Numbered from the stretch's first letter, positions 26,622 to 39,762 are shown. The stretch is DNA of 64,000 bases from the human T2T-CHM13v2.0 reference genome, Homo sapiens (GCF_009914755.1 NC_060932.1); one strand, 5' to 3'. Numbers and translations: made by a program. Notes: generated by a model not told the origin, from the sequence alone.

Positions 26622-27702
26622 CTGGAAATGCCAAAAAAGCCTGTTCAAATCAGTGGATACCACCTAAGAGGGAGGCCACTTCTAAAATATTTAGAATTTT
26701 CAGGCTGCTGTTCCCGATGTGCCAATAGCTTATTGGCTCCATCTGAATAAAGCAAAATTGCCAATCTTCCTGTTGACTCTAGCACTGTTTCCAATCTGCT
26801 TAGATATGAGTGTGCTATGCAATATTGGAAACATAAACCTCTCCCCAGAGCAGACAACCAATGGCCTAATCGTTTACTTTTGTTATAAGAATTGAAAGTA
26901 CGTATGGAAAAAGCTTTTTTTTTTTTCTTCCCCTCTGACATTTTGCTCCATTTGACAGCTGACAAAAATCAGTTTTGTTCATTCTGGCAAATACAAAGAA
27001 TGTAGAGAAAATGCATTGCAAGAAAGCAGCTTTCAAAAGACTTGGACAATTACCCTGGAACCTTGGAATTACGCTAAAATGAGGCTGGAGGCCTGGAACT
27101 GTGTTATAGGTGAAAGAGTGTTATGTTAATATTCTCCTAAAACTGGTAGCACAGAATAGAATCATATAATGCCTTGCACATTCTAGTAGAGCACAGGTAT
27201 CTATAACAAATTTTCTTAGAAAGAGATAGTTTTTTTGTTCTGGATTTTGTCAACATGCCAGAAACTTATAGGGCAGAGGAAATTAAATTAATTTATGTGT
27301 AAATCTTAGGATCAATATGTATCTATAATGGATGGTATTAATTCAACTATATGAGAAACTTTCCTAAGAATGGCAAAATCTGAATAGTATATACCAAGTA
27401 AGATAAGAAAACACTTCAGGAATAGCAAATATTTGTTATATGGATCATGACTGCCTCCCACAGCAGACATCATTACGGCACACTTTCCCACTGAGCTTGG
27501 ATGACCCACAGAATCCTTCTCAACTTAGTGTCCAATAAAATCACTATTACTCAATCAAGGTTGGCAAATGAAATGAAACTAATATTTTATCTTCAATCTA
27601 GCATATTTTCTACATGACCTTTAGGGAAGACATTTTCATGGCATCTACTCACAATTCTTTTCCATATGGATCTTGATAAAACAAAATAATTCTTACATGT
27701 AG

Positions 27703-27830
27703 TTCATTTATTCATTTGACCTATATTTATTGAGCACATACTATGTCCCAGGAACTGCTCAGTTTTGAGAAAATGATAGTAACAGAGCAGACAAAAATTT
27801 CTTCCCTGTGGGAATTTGTATTCTAATGCC
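27703..27830 (-). mobile_element. L2 LINE 3' end
   Basis: TTCATTTATTCATTT..ATATTTATTGAGCACATACTATGTCCCAGG. Confidence 0.7.
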
Positions 27831-28334
27831 TATGAGGTTGGAAACATCGAGCCAATTAATATTTAAGGTTACATTGGTTTCTTCTAATTTTCTAAAGTTG
27901 CCACCAGTTAACAGAGCTATCTGAACAAGGAACCACTAAGTTAGAAAATACATGAACAGTTTTCATTTTATATCCAAATATAACCTACAACAAAGTTAAT
28001 CTGACACATGGTTAGTGCACCATCAGTATTGCACAGTGTGATAATAAAGGGTAACCAACAAGTAGATGGTTACATATTTGTCTATATTGGTCACATATTT
28101 GGTGATCAGTATTATGTTTATAGCAAATCCAAGCCCTTCCTGTGGTCAGTTAGCTGGGGTAAGGGTGGGTGTGGTAGGGAGAGAGAAGTACACAGTGAAG
28201 CCAGAAAAATTATAAATGGAATTATTCAGATAGTCTTGTAGTTGAAATGTATAACCTGGACATAAATTGAAGAAATTCATTAAAAAATCCTAACATGGTA
28301 TCTTTTATTACTATCAAGTTAGAACATGACTTAC

Positions 28335-28647
28335 ATTCAACTGGGTTCATACAGTCGCTCTGACTGTACAATATTCTTAAGCGAATCAACACTTCCTTGC
28401 AGGGAAGGCAGCCTTACAGAACTCCATTCTATGCATCCATGCAGCCCAGCACAAGAGGTTGAAAGGAATGGTCATAATATATACTGGTCATTAAACCAGC
28501 TGGACAGATTATGCTGCATAATGGTGCTGAATATTTAAATTTCTCCATAGCAAGGCTGCCCTTGGTCTGGCTTTCATCTCTTCTATATCATGTTGCTGTT
28601 TTAAGGTAAGTAATATTTGACAGCTTTATCAAAAAAGGCTGAAAGTC
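28335..28647 (-). other. Candidate 313-nt non-coding exon
   Basis: Minus strand TTTTTTAAATTCTTAATTTAG | ... GAAT | GTAAGT in unique sequence; multiple stops; motifs only. Confidence 0.25.
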
Positions 28648-29043
28648 CTAAATTAAGAATTTAAAAAATTTTATGTAGTTCCAAATTCCTTTTTTAGGGG
28701 GCAGGAGATAAGTTGTTTTTTGTTTTTTTTTTTTGTTTGTTTGTTTTTCCCCAATATAAAGATATAGTCACACAGATAAAATGCTACTGATGAATTCAGA
28801 TAGTCAAAATCGTTCCTTTGAATCCCTGAATACATTTGCAACAGGAATTCCATATAAGGAAAAGAAATTTCCTTTAGAAAATTAACCATCTTGCGAGCTG
28901 GATGCCCTGAGTTTGGTTAACTTGGAGAAATTTCCTTTGGTTGAAGTACTTTAAATCAGGATATTTTTCCCATGGAGGAAAAGATCTCCCTCTAAATTTT
29001 CTTTATGAGTAAGTTATTGTCTAAAAAGAGATTTATGTGTGTT

Positions 29044-29193
29044 CCAGGGTAACCACATCCTTAAACAAAGTAAAAATATTTTTATTTTCTAGCAAAAACA
29101 TGCTGCTTCATATTTGTTGAAATTGTTCTAACATTCAGTTTAAAATGTATTATGGAAGGATTTGTTTTCTTTTAGAGTCATACATAACTTGTG
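29044..29193 (+). repeat. Copy 1 of a ~150-bp local direct duplication
   Basis: CCAGGGTAACCACATCCTTAAACA..TTTCTAGCAAAAACATGCTGCTT..AAATGTATTATGG recurs at 29606-29635 plus 29953-30050. Confidence 0.85.
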
Positions 29194-29401
29194 GAACTTT
29201 GAAAGCAACCAGTTGAGTATTAGTATAAAATAAATTTGGGTTTTAAATGGTATATTCTACACTTGTTTGAAAGCAAAACATAAAATTTTGAAAACTGTGT
29301 AGACTATAAAAAGCTGTAAAATCTAATGTAAAATATGACATCCTATACATAGATTGCCATCAAAGTTCCTTTCTTTAGGTGGAAGTTTAAAACATAAACA
29401 A

Positions 29402-29424
29402 ATTATTATAATCATTATTATTAT

Positions 29425-29507
<83 letters not shown>
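29402..29507. repeat. Compound microsatellite (ATT)n(CT)n(AT)n
   Basis: Directly visible. Confidence 0.95.
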
Positions 29508-29635
29508 TGTATCTGGAATTTCTACAGAAACTCGTAGCTACATCAAGGAAGTTACGGCTTAATTTTCCTGGAAAAAAGGGTGACGAAAAGAGTGAGATCT
29601 GTATGCCAGGGTAACTACATCTTTAAACAGAGGGA

Positions 29636-29952
29636 GGCCAGGTGCAGTTGCTTATGTCTGTAATCCCAACACTTTGGGAGGCCAAGGCGGGTGAATCACC
29701 TGAGGTCAGGGGTTCAAGACCAGACTGGTCAACATGACGAAATCCTGTCTCTACTAAAAATACAAATATTAGCTGGGCATGGTGGCAGTCGCCTGTAATC
29801 CCAGCTGCTCAGGAGGCTGAGGCAGGAGAATCGCTTGAAACTGGGAGGTGGAGGTTGTTTCAGTGAGCCGAGATCACACCATTGCACTCCAACCCTGGCA
29901 ATGAGAGGGAAACTCTGTCTAATATATGTATATATACATATACATATATATA
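29636..29952 (+). mobile_element. Alu SINE (AluSq/Sx-like) with TA-rich tail
   Basis: Full dimer; tail converted to an (AT)-rich repeat; sits inside copy 2 of the duplication. Confidence 0.95.
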
Positions 29953-31250
29953 TTTCTAGCAAAAACATGCTGCTTTGTATTGTTCTAGCATTCACTTTGA
30001 AATGTATTATGGGAGAATTTGTTTCCTTTTAGATCCATGCATAATTTGTGTGATAAAAACGTGAACAACAATCTTAAAGTCCGGATAATCTTCACTAGAC
30101 ATCCTATGGCAAATTCTCTAGGTCCTGGTTAAGGGTGAACCCTCTCGCTTCTCCCTGCGGACCTAGTGTCAGACCTGGGACTGAGGAAGCATTTGACTAA
30201 CGGCAGTAATTTTTATTATATAATCTCCACATATTTATAATATGTGACTGAATGAAGAGAATGAAGGGAAAAAAGAAACAAGGTACACACCATCTATCTC
30301 TGTCACTACATTTTATCCCTTCACCTGTCTCCCTGCCCAACCCTTTGTTAGACAACATTTCACTATCGTCTATGCAGCAAGAACCCAAAAAGCCTAAATA
30401 ACTGAGTGAGGCAAGGTGGCTCTGGCAGACAAAAGAACAGAACAGCGTAGAGACAGCTCTGATGACCGTATTTCACCACCTGAATCCAGTGGGAGATCAG
30501 GGAAGCCCTCTGGCTTTTTAATCACAAATATTAATACATCCTATTTTAATGTAAACTCCTCTAAGGTGGATTTCTTTCTTTTGCCAAAGAAAGAGTCTTA
30601 ACAATACTATAATTGCTGATCTTGTTAACAGCCAGAATTCTTAAAATGGAGCATCTCTTCTGGAGTATTTATTCAATAAGAATTGTCTACTAATAAGTAT
30701 CAAGTCCATGTTTTTCATTTCTTATTGTGTTTTGTTTTGTTTTCATCTTATTCTGTTTTCTTATTTTGTTTTGTTGTTTGATCAAGACAGAAGCTAGGCT
30801 AGACAAGTGAGTGAACAAGAAAAAAATAAAATTGTGGGCCAGAGTATGATAAAGCCAGAACTGGATTACTTCATAAATGAATTATAGATTGTGCAATACA
30901 TCATTAAATTCATAAAAAGTGGTTACTTTATATACATCCAACCAGAGTGCAGTTTCAAGGTGTAGGTGTCTATGTAACTATTGAGGGTGTGTTCTCTAGG
31001 ACAAAATTCTTTAGAAGTCATAATAACCAGTGATTTGGGTTACCATAAGAATAGCCATGAGGTTGACTTAATTGATGACTTCTGTGTGTGTGTGGAAATT
31101 AATCCTTTTTAATCTAGTATTTTTCATCATATAGCTATATCTCCCCTGCCTTTTCAAAGGCAGTCATATCTGAATCATTCTGAATGCTGGATGTTTCTCT
31201 TCCTAAATAATGTAGTACTTCTGTGTAATTGTAGCATATGGAGGCCTCTA

Positions 31251-31466
31251 ATTTTAAAAGGCATATAGAATATGGCCACCAATTATATACATTTTATATA
31301 TATAAATATATATAAGCATATATATATAAGCATATATAAATATGCTATTATATTATATATTTATATAAATATATATTTATATATGCTTATATATATATGC
31401 TTCTATATATATTTATATATATAAAAGTATATAATTGGTGGCCATATTCTATATGCCTTTTAAAAT
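31251..31466. repeat. AT-rich palindrome (~93-bp arms, 29-nt spacer)
   Basis: 31251-31343 is the reverse complement of 31373-31466 except for two small indels. Confidence 0.95.
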
Positions 31467-31502
31467 ATATAATATATATTATATATTATATTATATAAAT
31501 AT

Positions 31503-31557
31503 ATATTTATATATGCTTATATATACAAAATGTATATAATTGGTGGCCATATTCTAT
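31503..31557. repeat. Third, partial copy of the palindrome arm
   Basis: AAAATGTATATAATTGGTGGCCATATTCTATA, same orientation as the right arm. Confidence 0.9.
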
Positions 31558-32110
31558 AATATGGTATATTTATAATATAGTATATAAATATAGTATATAT
31601 TATTTATTTATTTATTTATTTTCCATTACAGATTTAGGTCATCTGCAACCATCTTGATTTTGTTTGTTTGTTTTTTATTTTATTTTGTCATCTGTGTCAG
31701 AATTTACAGTGATAATAAATTTTGCTAATTCATATCCATATCTAATCAAATTGTGGAGAGAATTGAATTAATTTCTTTTTTAATTTCCTGAAAATAACCA
31801 CAAGCAATAACAATAATAATGATAGCAAGAAAGGAAATAAGGAAGAGGAAGAAAAATTTGTTATACTCTACTACCTTATTAGATCTAGTTTTTTTTTTTT
31901 TTAGTTTTAAGTAACAATAATTCAAACCAGAATAACTTAAGCAAAACGTTATTATTATTGTCTTCCATGGAGAAGGATATTGAAAGACCCAAAGAGGAGC
32001 TGATGGCAGGAAGAGGAAAATAATCCCTGATGAAAGGGGTGCTTCATGGACCTACCAATGGTGTTTGTGAGATAGCTCTTTAATAACAATGGGAGTCATG
32101 ATAATTTTAA

Positions 32111-32448
<338 letters not shown>

Positions 32449-32489
32449 CACACTTTCAATAGATTCTTTAATCTATACTTCATAGCAAA

Positions 32490-32645
32490 TGTATGAGAAA
32501 GTTCACATTATTTTTCCTGTTTTCTACATAAACAAAAAACTAAAGACAAAGAGGTTACATAAATTTCCCAGGACTACACTGCTACAAAGTAGCAGAGCAA
32601 GGCACTGAACTCAAACTGGCTTGACAGCCCGCATATTTAAACAAC
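32490..32645 (-). mobile_element. MIR SINE fragment
   Basis: AAACTAAAGACAAAGAGGTTACATAAATTTCCCAGGACTACAC antisense MIR core. Confidence 0.6.
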
Positions 32646-34074
32646 CGCATGATTATGTGGCTTTCCCTCAGACAACTCCAAGTCTCTGCTTCTTAGTTAA
32701 AAATTCCAAAGTATGGAAGAAGGGATACTGATGGCTCCAGCTTGGATCAGATACCCATCTTTGAATCAGCTTTCTAAGACAAAGGGCCAGGATCACTATG
32801 TAGGGAAAGTAGCCCTTTGTGTTTTGGAGTAGTTATGTAGAGCTAGACAGTTGTGCCAAAAGGTACCTCTAGCCTATCCGTCTCACCTTCATTCAGTCTT
32901 CCCAATCAATGTGATTACTTCCTTCCAGAAACTGAGGACTTTGTCCTTCTCCTTCAGTATTCAATGGACTTTGCTGTATAACAATAGGTTTGTCTATCAT
33001 CACCTCTAGAAACACTCTAGAATGCAGGGAATATATATATGTGTATATATACGTATCTCCCCTACTGGCCTGTAATGGACCATTTAATGACAAGTTGTTG
33101 AATTAAAAAATGCTTTTGATTGATAGATGAATATAAAGAATAAGGAATGCCATGTCTTCTCTAATCACATACAAAGACCAGGGAGCCACATGGACAAAAG
33201 CAAACTGAAAACAAAAATAGAAACAGAAAACATATACATATACATATCTCTCTCTCTATACATATGGGGTAAAATATGATCTATGCATCCATTTAAAAAT
33301 CAACACATGAAAATAACATTATTTTTGGATCCAGTTTTATGATTCAGTCTTTCCAGTATAAATAATTTATAAGAGAAATAAGACAATTATCAGGTTTGTG
33401 GGAAATGTAAATTAATTTGAATCTAAACTTAGAAGAACCCTTCCTGTGGGCAGATGACAAGGGGAACAAACTGAGCAAGAAGAATTGCTGAAAACACAGC
33501 AGAGAAACCACAGAACCACAGAACCTAGCAGGCTGATGGCCTATTGATAAAAGAGTCACAGTGATCCAGGGTGACTAGTGGTTTACATAGAAAGACAAAT
33601 AACATAGGGAAAGAAAGCAGATATAAAAGGACATAAAATTTACAACATATTTGCTTTGTAAGTCTGGCTTGAGGCAAAAGTGGGAAATAGGCATTAGGGA
33701 TCCAAATCTTCCATTCTGAGCCCTTTTCGGCTCTCCAGCACTTCTGCCAATCTTCATGTACCCAAGAGCTTTCTGGTCCCCCATTTTCCACTGTTCTCAA
33801 CAAAGGGTCTATCGGGTATTGCTCATTTGCATGCTAATACAAATGAGTCGGTCTGGATGTTATCATCTTTTTAATTGTGAAAGTAAAGCTTAATCTCTGT
33901 TAAATGAATACCAACAGCAAACGATAGACTGGGGACCCTTAAAAGGGTCAGGATTCCTGGCTCAGACATCACAAAAGGCTGACTTTCCTTGAAGGTAATT
34001 CTAGATGAGAAAACGACATATTCTCTGCTAGATTCTCCTTTGCTCAGAAAGAAAATGGTCTCATGGGGCACAGA

Positions 34075-34600
34075 ATATCCTGGTTCTGCTTTGCCACCAA
34101 ATATTATGTGACTTTGGATAAATTACTCAACCACTCAGGGACTATTTTTTTTTCTTTTTAAGCCTCAGTTTCCCCCTCTATAAATATAGTCATAGGCCAG
34201 GCACTGTGGCTCAGGCCTCTAATCCTAGCACTTTGGGAGGCCGAGGCAGGTGGATCACTTGAGGTCAGGGGTTCAAAACCAGCTTGGCCAACATGGTGAA
34301 GCCCTGTCTCTACTAAAAATACAAAAAAAAATTAGTTGGGCATGGTGGTGGGCACCTGTAATCCCAGCTACTTAGGAGGCTGAGTCAGGAGAATTGCTTG
34401 AACCCAAGAGGCGGAGGTTGCAGTGAGCTGAGATAGCACCACTGCACTCCAGCCTGGGTGACAGAGTGAGACTCCATCTCAAAATAAAATAAATAAATAA
34501 ATAAAACCACTGCCTGGGGACATTGTAAAAATTGACTGTATGTAATTGCCTAACTTAGTGCATGGCACTTAATAAGTGCTCATTAAACAGTAGTTATTAT
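34075..34600 (+). mobile_element. MIR SINE interrupted by an Alu
   Basis: ATCCTGGTTCTGC..TGTGACTTTGGATAAATTACTCAACC..GCCTCAGTTTCC before the Alu; GGCACTTAATAAGTGCTCA after it. Confidence 0.65.
34195..34506 (+). mobile_element. Alu SINE (AluSx/Sz-like)
   Basis: Full dimer with (AAAT)n tail. Confidence 0.95.
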
Positions 34601-35097
34601 TTTTATAAGCAGTACTACTGATGTCATTACTGTTATTACATTTAGGGATTGGTCTCCAATGTAGGGTGGGAAGTCTGCAATTCAGAATGAGCATATGTGT
34701 TATTAACCATTGAGATGTGGGATGAAAATATATGAACTTACATTAATATACGGATATATATATATATATAAAACCTTTTTAAAAAAGGAATTTAGCTTTA
34801 CTAATATACTAATATTTAAAGTATGGATTGATGCCCATGTTTCTACTCCATATCTGTTTCAGCTGCTCACTTACCATGCAGAAAAAGGTGTCCTTTGTCT
34901 CCTGGGACAGAATGGGAAGTCCACAGTGTGGAAAGGTTGATGCGGTGCCTCCCTTTTTTGCCCAGTATGTACTACGATGATTTGTGAATGACATCATTTT
35001 GTCTTCAAAAACAACTTACAAAATAAGCAAGTGGCTTGAAAGAACTTCTGCAAAAGAAACTGTGAATTGATTTGGTACTAAAAATGTACCCAAGTTC

Positions 35098-35366
<269 letters not shown>

Positions 35367-36099
35367 GTACAAGTTCGAGAAGATAACCAGAAAATGACAG
35401 AGCTGGTACTCCCTCAGTTCCTTCAAGGAGCTCCATGTCTGACACATTAAAACAATAAAACAATAAACGCTGATAAGAAGGCAGTGGCAAAAGAAATTGT
35501 CCATTGAAAATTGACATCCACTGTCATTAATGATGTTTTATTAATAAGCAAAATCAGATATAATTTATTTTAAAATATTTGTCATTGTCTTTCTTTAATT
35601 TTTCTATTGTTCTAACTATATATTATTTATTTATTATAAATAAATATTCATATGTTAAGGATGTAGTCTTGAAAAATTTGTAAGATGCAGTGCTTAATGA
35701 AAAAGGTTTAGCAACCACCCCACTACGTGCAGAGTTTCTTGCAATTTTGGGATCTCTAACTTAATGACAGGAAGAGGAAAACAATTTCAGCTGAACCTGG
35801 AAAAAATATACAAATACAAATATTTTATTGCGAGGTAAAAGGAAAGTTATTAACATTTGATTAGATTTGATTCAATTTATTATTAAACACAGTAAACACT
35901 CAAAAAGCATAACATTTATTGCTCACCTACACCACATCTTTTAGAACTTAGTCCTGCAAATTAAGTTCCCAAAAATGTCATAAGGTCATTTAGTCTTTCT
36001 GTCTACCCCTTGCCAGGCCACTGGGAACTTTCCAGAGTGCAGGAGAACTCAGGATCTCAAAGCCCGAACTCATCTCTAGAAAGTTAATAAAATACTCAC

Positions 36100-36248
36100 C
36101 GAAATATGAAAATAATCTTTATAAAATTATGCTTGGACAATAGATTGTTGGGTCCCTCAGTATTCCAAAACTCCTTATTTATTCTTAGAAACATATCTCT
36201 AGCTATCTATCTAACTACCGATTGTTCGACTAAATGAGTGATCTATAT
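36100..36248 (-). other. Candidate 149-nt non-coding exon
   Basis: Minus strand GATTTCTTTCTCTAG | ... TTCG | GTGAGT; motifs only. Confidence 0.25.
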
Positions 36249-37254
36249 CTAGAGAAAGAAATCTAACTCCCAATTGTACATTCGCAGTAATCTAATTACT
36301 CATCATTCTCTCTTTAAGAAATCTCATAAGATTTTGCACAACAGTATGTGTTTTGTGTCCAGGTGCCTCAGGCTAACAAGAATGATAATGTTCAAGAAAA
36401 ATAAGGTACACTAGTGTTTTTTATTCCAAATACACTACTATTTTTATTCATATAATATTCTAAACAGGCTTTCATATTTCCTTGTTCTTCTAGTTGAGGC
36501 TTTAAATTTTTTTTAAGCCAACCCCGGAGTTTTGAAACCATAAGACGCTCTCTTTAACTGGACAGATTTTTGAAAAAAGAATGCCCTTCTAATTCGGCTC
36601 TGTAGTTGACTGACCCTCAAATGGAAATTTGCACATGTTAACCTCTCTCCATGAGCTTGGGAGTTTCCGTCAGTAAAATAAGCATCATAATACCAATACA
36701 TCTCACATGTTTCTGAGAGGGGTCCAGAGTGAGTGAATATTTGCCAGGTACTGCAGGATCCTTGGGCTTTCTAAAGACAGGCAGGACATGCTGCTAATGT
36801 TACCATCAGTGCCAATTTCCAGATGGAACTCTGCAGCTATACTGAGTTCACTCCTTTTCAAAATCTGTTCGGCAAGTGCTCCCAGGGCTGGTATAAGCTC
36901 TGGGGCTCGTTTGTTTTTCCTGGTAACCATGGAGCTGCTAGTTTCAATCAGGGCTACAAAAGCATCAGAGGAACTGGGAAAGTAGAGTGAGAGCCAGAAC
37001 CCACTGGCTGTCTTTGGAGTAGCTGAAGAGTGAGTAGCAGGAAGCAGTAAACCAAAAGCCATAGCTGCCAATAAATGACCTAGACACTGTTTTCTTGGCA
37101 TTGCTATTTGAGTTCTTCATGGCTAAGCAAATCAAGACAAATGGGGGGGAAAAAGCAAAGTTTTCTCAAGGATCCGTCGAGGTGAATCTCTTAGCCATAA
37201 AGGGAATGAAACTTATTTTTTAAGAAGTTCACTTCTGGCAGAATAGCAGAGATA

Positions 37255-37380
37255 GATCCAAGTTTGGATACTGAATCACTTAAGCTGAGCAAGTTACTCA
37301 AACTTTGCAAATCTCACTCAGTTTCTTATCTGTAAAATGAGCATAGTAATGTCTACCTACTAAAATTGTTTAATAAGGTG
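37255..37380 (+). mobile_element. MIR SINE fragment
   Basis: GAGCAAGTTACTCAAAC..CTCAGTTTCTTATCTGTAAAATGAG MIR core. Confidence 0.7.
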
Positions 37381-37790
37381 TGTATATATGTACAGAGAGA
37401 GAGAGACCCAATAAGTGATTGCAGCTTTTGTTCTTCTAGACCTTGTAAATGAGAGTATTCAACATTTAAATGAAAGTATATAATAGGATTTGTTCACAGA
37501 GGAGGTCTATAGAAAAAAATGTATATATATAGTGTGGTATATATATATAGTAGGATAATAATTTAATGCTGAGTTTTAAGCCTTTCTCTATATTTCACTC
37601 TAGTTGAAAAGATGGAATATTTTAGAAGAAAACTGCATGATATTTAGAAGTATTTAAACTTTCAAGCCTGTGAAACTTTAGCATTATGAAATTTTTTGTG
37701 GCTGCTAAGTTTTACACATCTTGCTTTGCCTGGTTAGAAATCAAATGCTTTCCTTGACAATAACCACTTTCACAAATACACTGTATGAAA

Positions 37791-37880
37791 GGTGACGCAT
37801 GTGCGTTTTCAGGAAATTATTTTAATAGCATGATTGGTTTAAACTCCCGATGTGTTCCTATGTGGTCACTGCCCCACCCC
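37791..37880. promoter_or_regulatory. Candidate cis-regulatory motif cluster
   Basis: TGACG half-CRE overlapping CGCATGTGCG (NRF1-like), CAGGAAAT (ETS), TGATTGGTT (NF-Y), TGTGGT (RUNX) and GCCCCACCCC (KLF/SP) within 90 bp. Confidence 0.3.
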
Positions 37881-38662
37881 TAAACTATATGGTCAGGCTA
37901 GGACTAACAGCAGAAAGTCTCTTTAACAATATACGAAAATTCGTAAAGTTTCAGGACAGAAAAGGTGTCACAGTAATTTAACCTTTGGAAATTCTGTGTC
38001 TAGAAAATTTTTAGCTAGTCTTTTCTTCTGTAGAAACAACTAGCCTTCTTCCTTGTCATACACTTTTATTGTTAGTTATTCTTTCTCTCCAGCTTTCCCA
38101 CTACTGCTATCACTAGTGACTGCAATCCCATCCTCTCTTTTGGAAATGTTGTTTCAGTAGACGTGGAAGATTATTTCCCTGCTATTTGAAGTTTCTGCGT
38201 GTCACTGAAGTATGCTGGTGCAGTGACTTAAAAGCAGAGCCTTTATTTATCATGATTAAATGCTTGATAACCAGAGAAAGGTTTTGACATTCAAACTGGC
38301 CAATTCTGGAACCTTTTAAAGGAAATGCTAACTCCAGCCTTTTAATGAAACTCAAATGAAACGATTCTGGATTTAATAATATGAAACAGAAAAATTATAA
38401 AGTCTGCCATGTTCAGATATTGGTTAGACAGTATAAACTGGGGATGAAGAGTTTAGGTTGAGTTGGGGTAGAGGAGGATTGTCCTGTTAGATCTCTAGAA
38501 ATTCAGATGCTTCCTTTCGTTGGATACCTCTGCATAATAATGGGATGGAGGGAGCTCTGGCAGGGAAATTCTTGGCTCTGTCTGCAGTATATACAGTATA
38601 AAAGAAAGTGCCCTTCAATATAGAACACTACTTCCAGGGTCCTGTGAATCCAATGACTCTAA

Positions 38663-38987
<325 letters not shown>

Positions 38988-39482
38988 ACTTTGTTCTTTT
39001 AATCTCCCCTTTTCTCTGTCTCCACTCACCCACCCCACACCCTGGAATTCTGAAGGTGAGAGTAAGAGGAGAGACAGACTGGTGGACTGAGATGCCCTAC
39101 AGAGAAGGAGAGTGGGGTGGCTGATGTTTCATACATCATTTCTGTTCACTATTTTATCCCGCAGACAGCAGAATGTACACATTTCCCAGCATGCCCAGTG
39201 GCTGTTCTTTATTTATTTAATAAAAGGACCATAAGAGCCTCTTGCAGAAAACCAAATTCTTACTGTGCTTCAGTAACATGAAAATCTATCTAAATGAATG
39301 GTGACAGGAAAATCAGATATAACAGAGACACCCAGATTTCACCCTAAGAGCATTCTCCTTGAAGGCACTAGGGCTGTGTAACACAGTAGAATTTCTATTT
39401 AGCTGCTGGACTTGAAATGGAATAAGAACAAAGGTAACATTTCCAACACTCAACAATGCATCCTTAGCTGTTTCATAATTCT

Positions 39483-39762
39483 ATTTTTTTTTTTTTTTTG
39501 AGACAGAGTCTTGCTCTGTCACCCAGGTTGGAGTGCAGTGACGCAATCTCATCTCAGCTCACTGCAGCCTCTGGCTCTTGCCTCCTGAGTAGCTGGAATT
39601 ACAGGTGTGCACCACCGTGCCTGGCTAATTTTTGTATTTTAGTAGAGACTGGTTTTGCCATGTTGGCCAGGCTGGTCTCGAACTCCTGACCTCAGGTGAT
39701 CCTCCTGCTTCAGCCTCCCAAAATGCTAGGATTACAGGCATGAACCACCATGCCTGCAAGCC
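39483..39762 (-). mobile_element. Alu SINE (AluS) with small internal deletion
   Basis: Antisense Alu; TSD GTTTCATAATTCT at 39470-39482 and 39763-39775. Confidence 0.93.
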
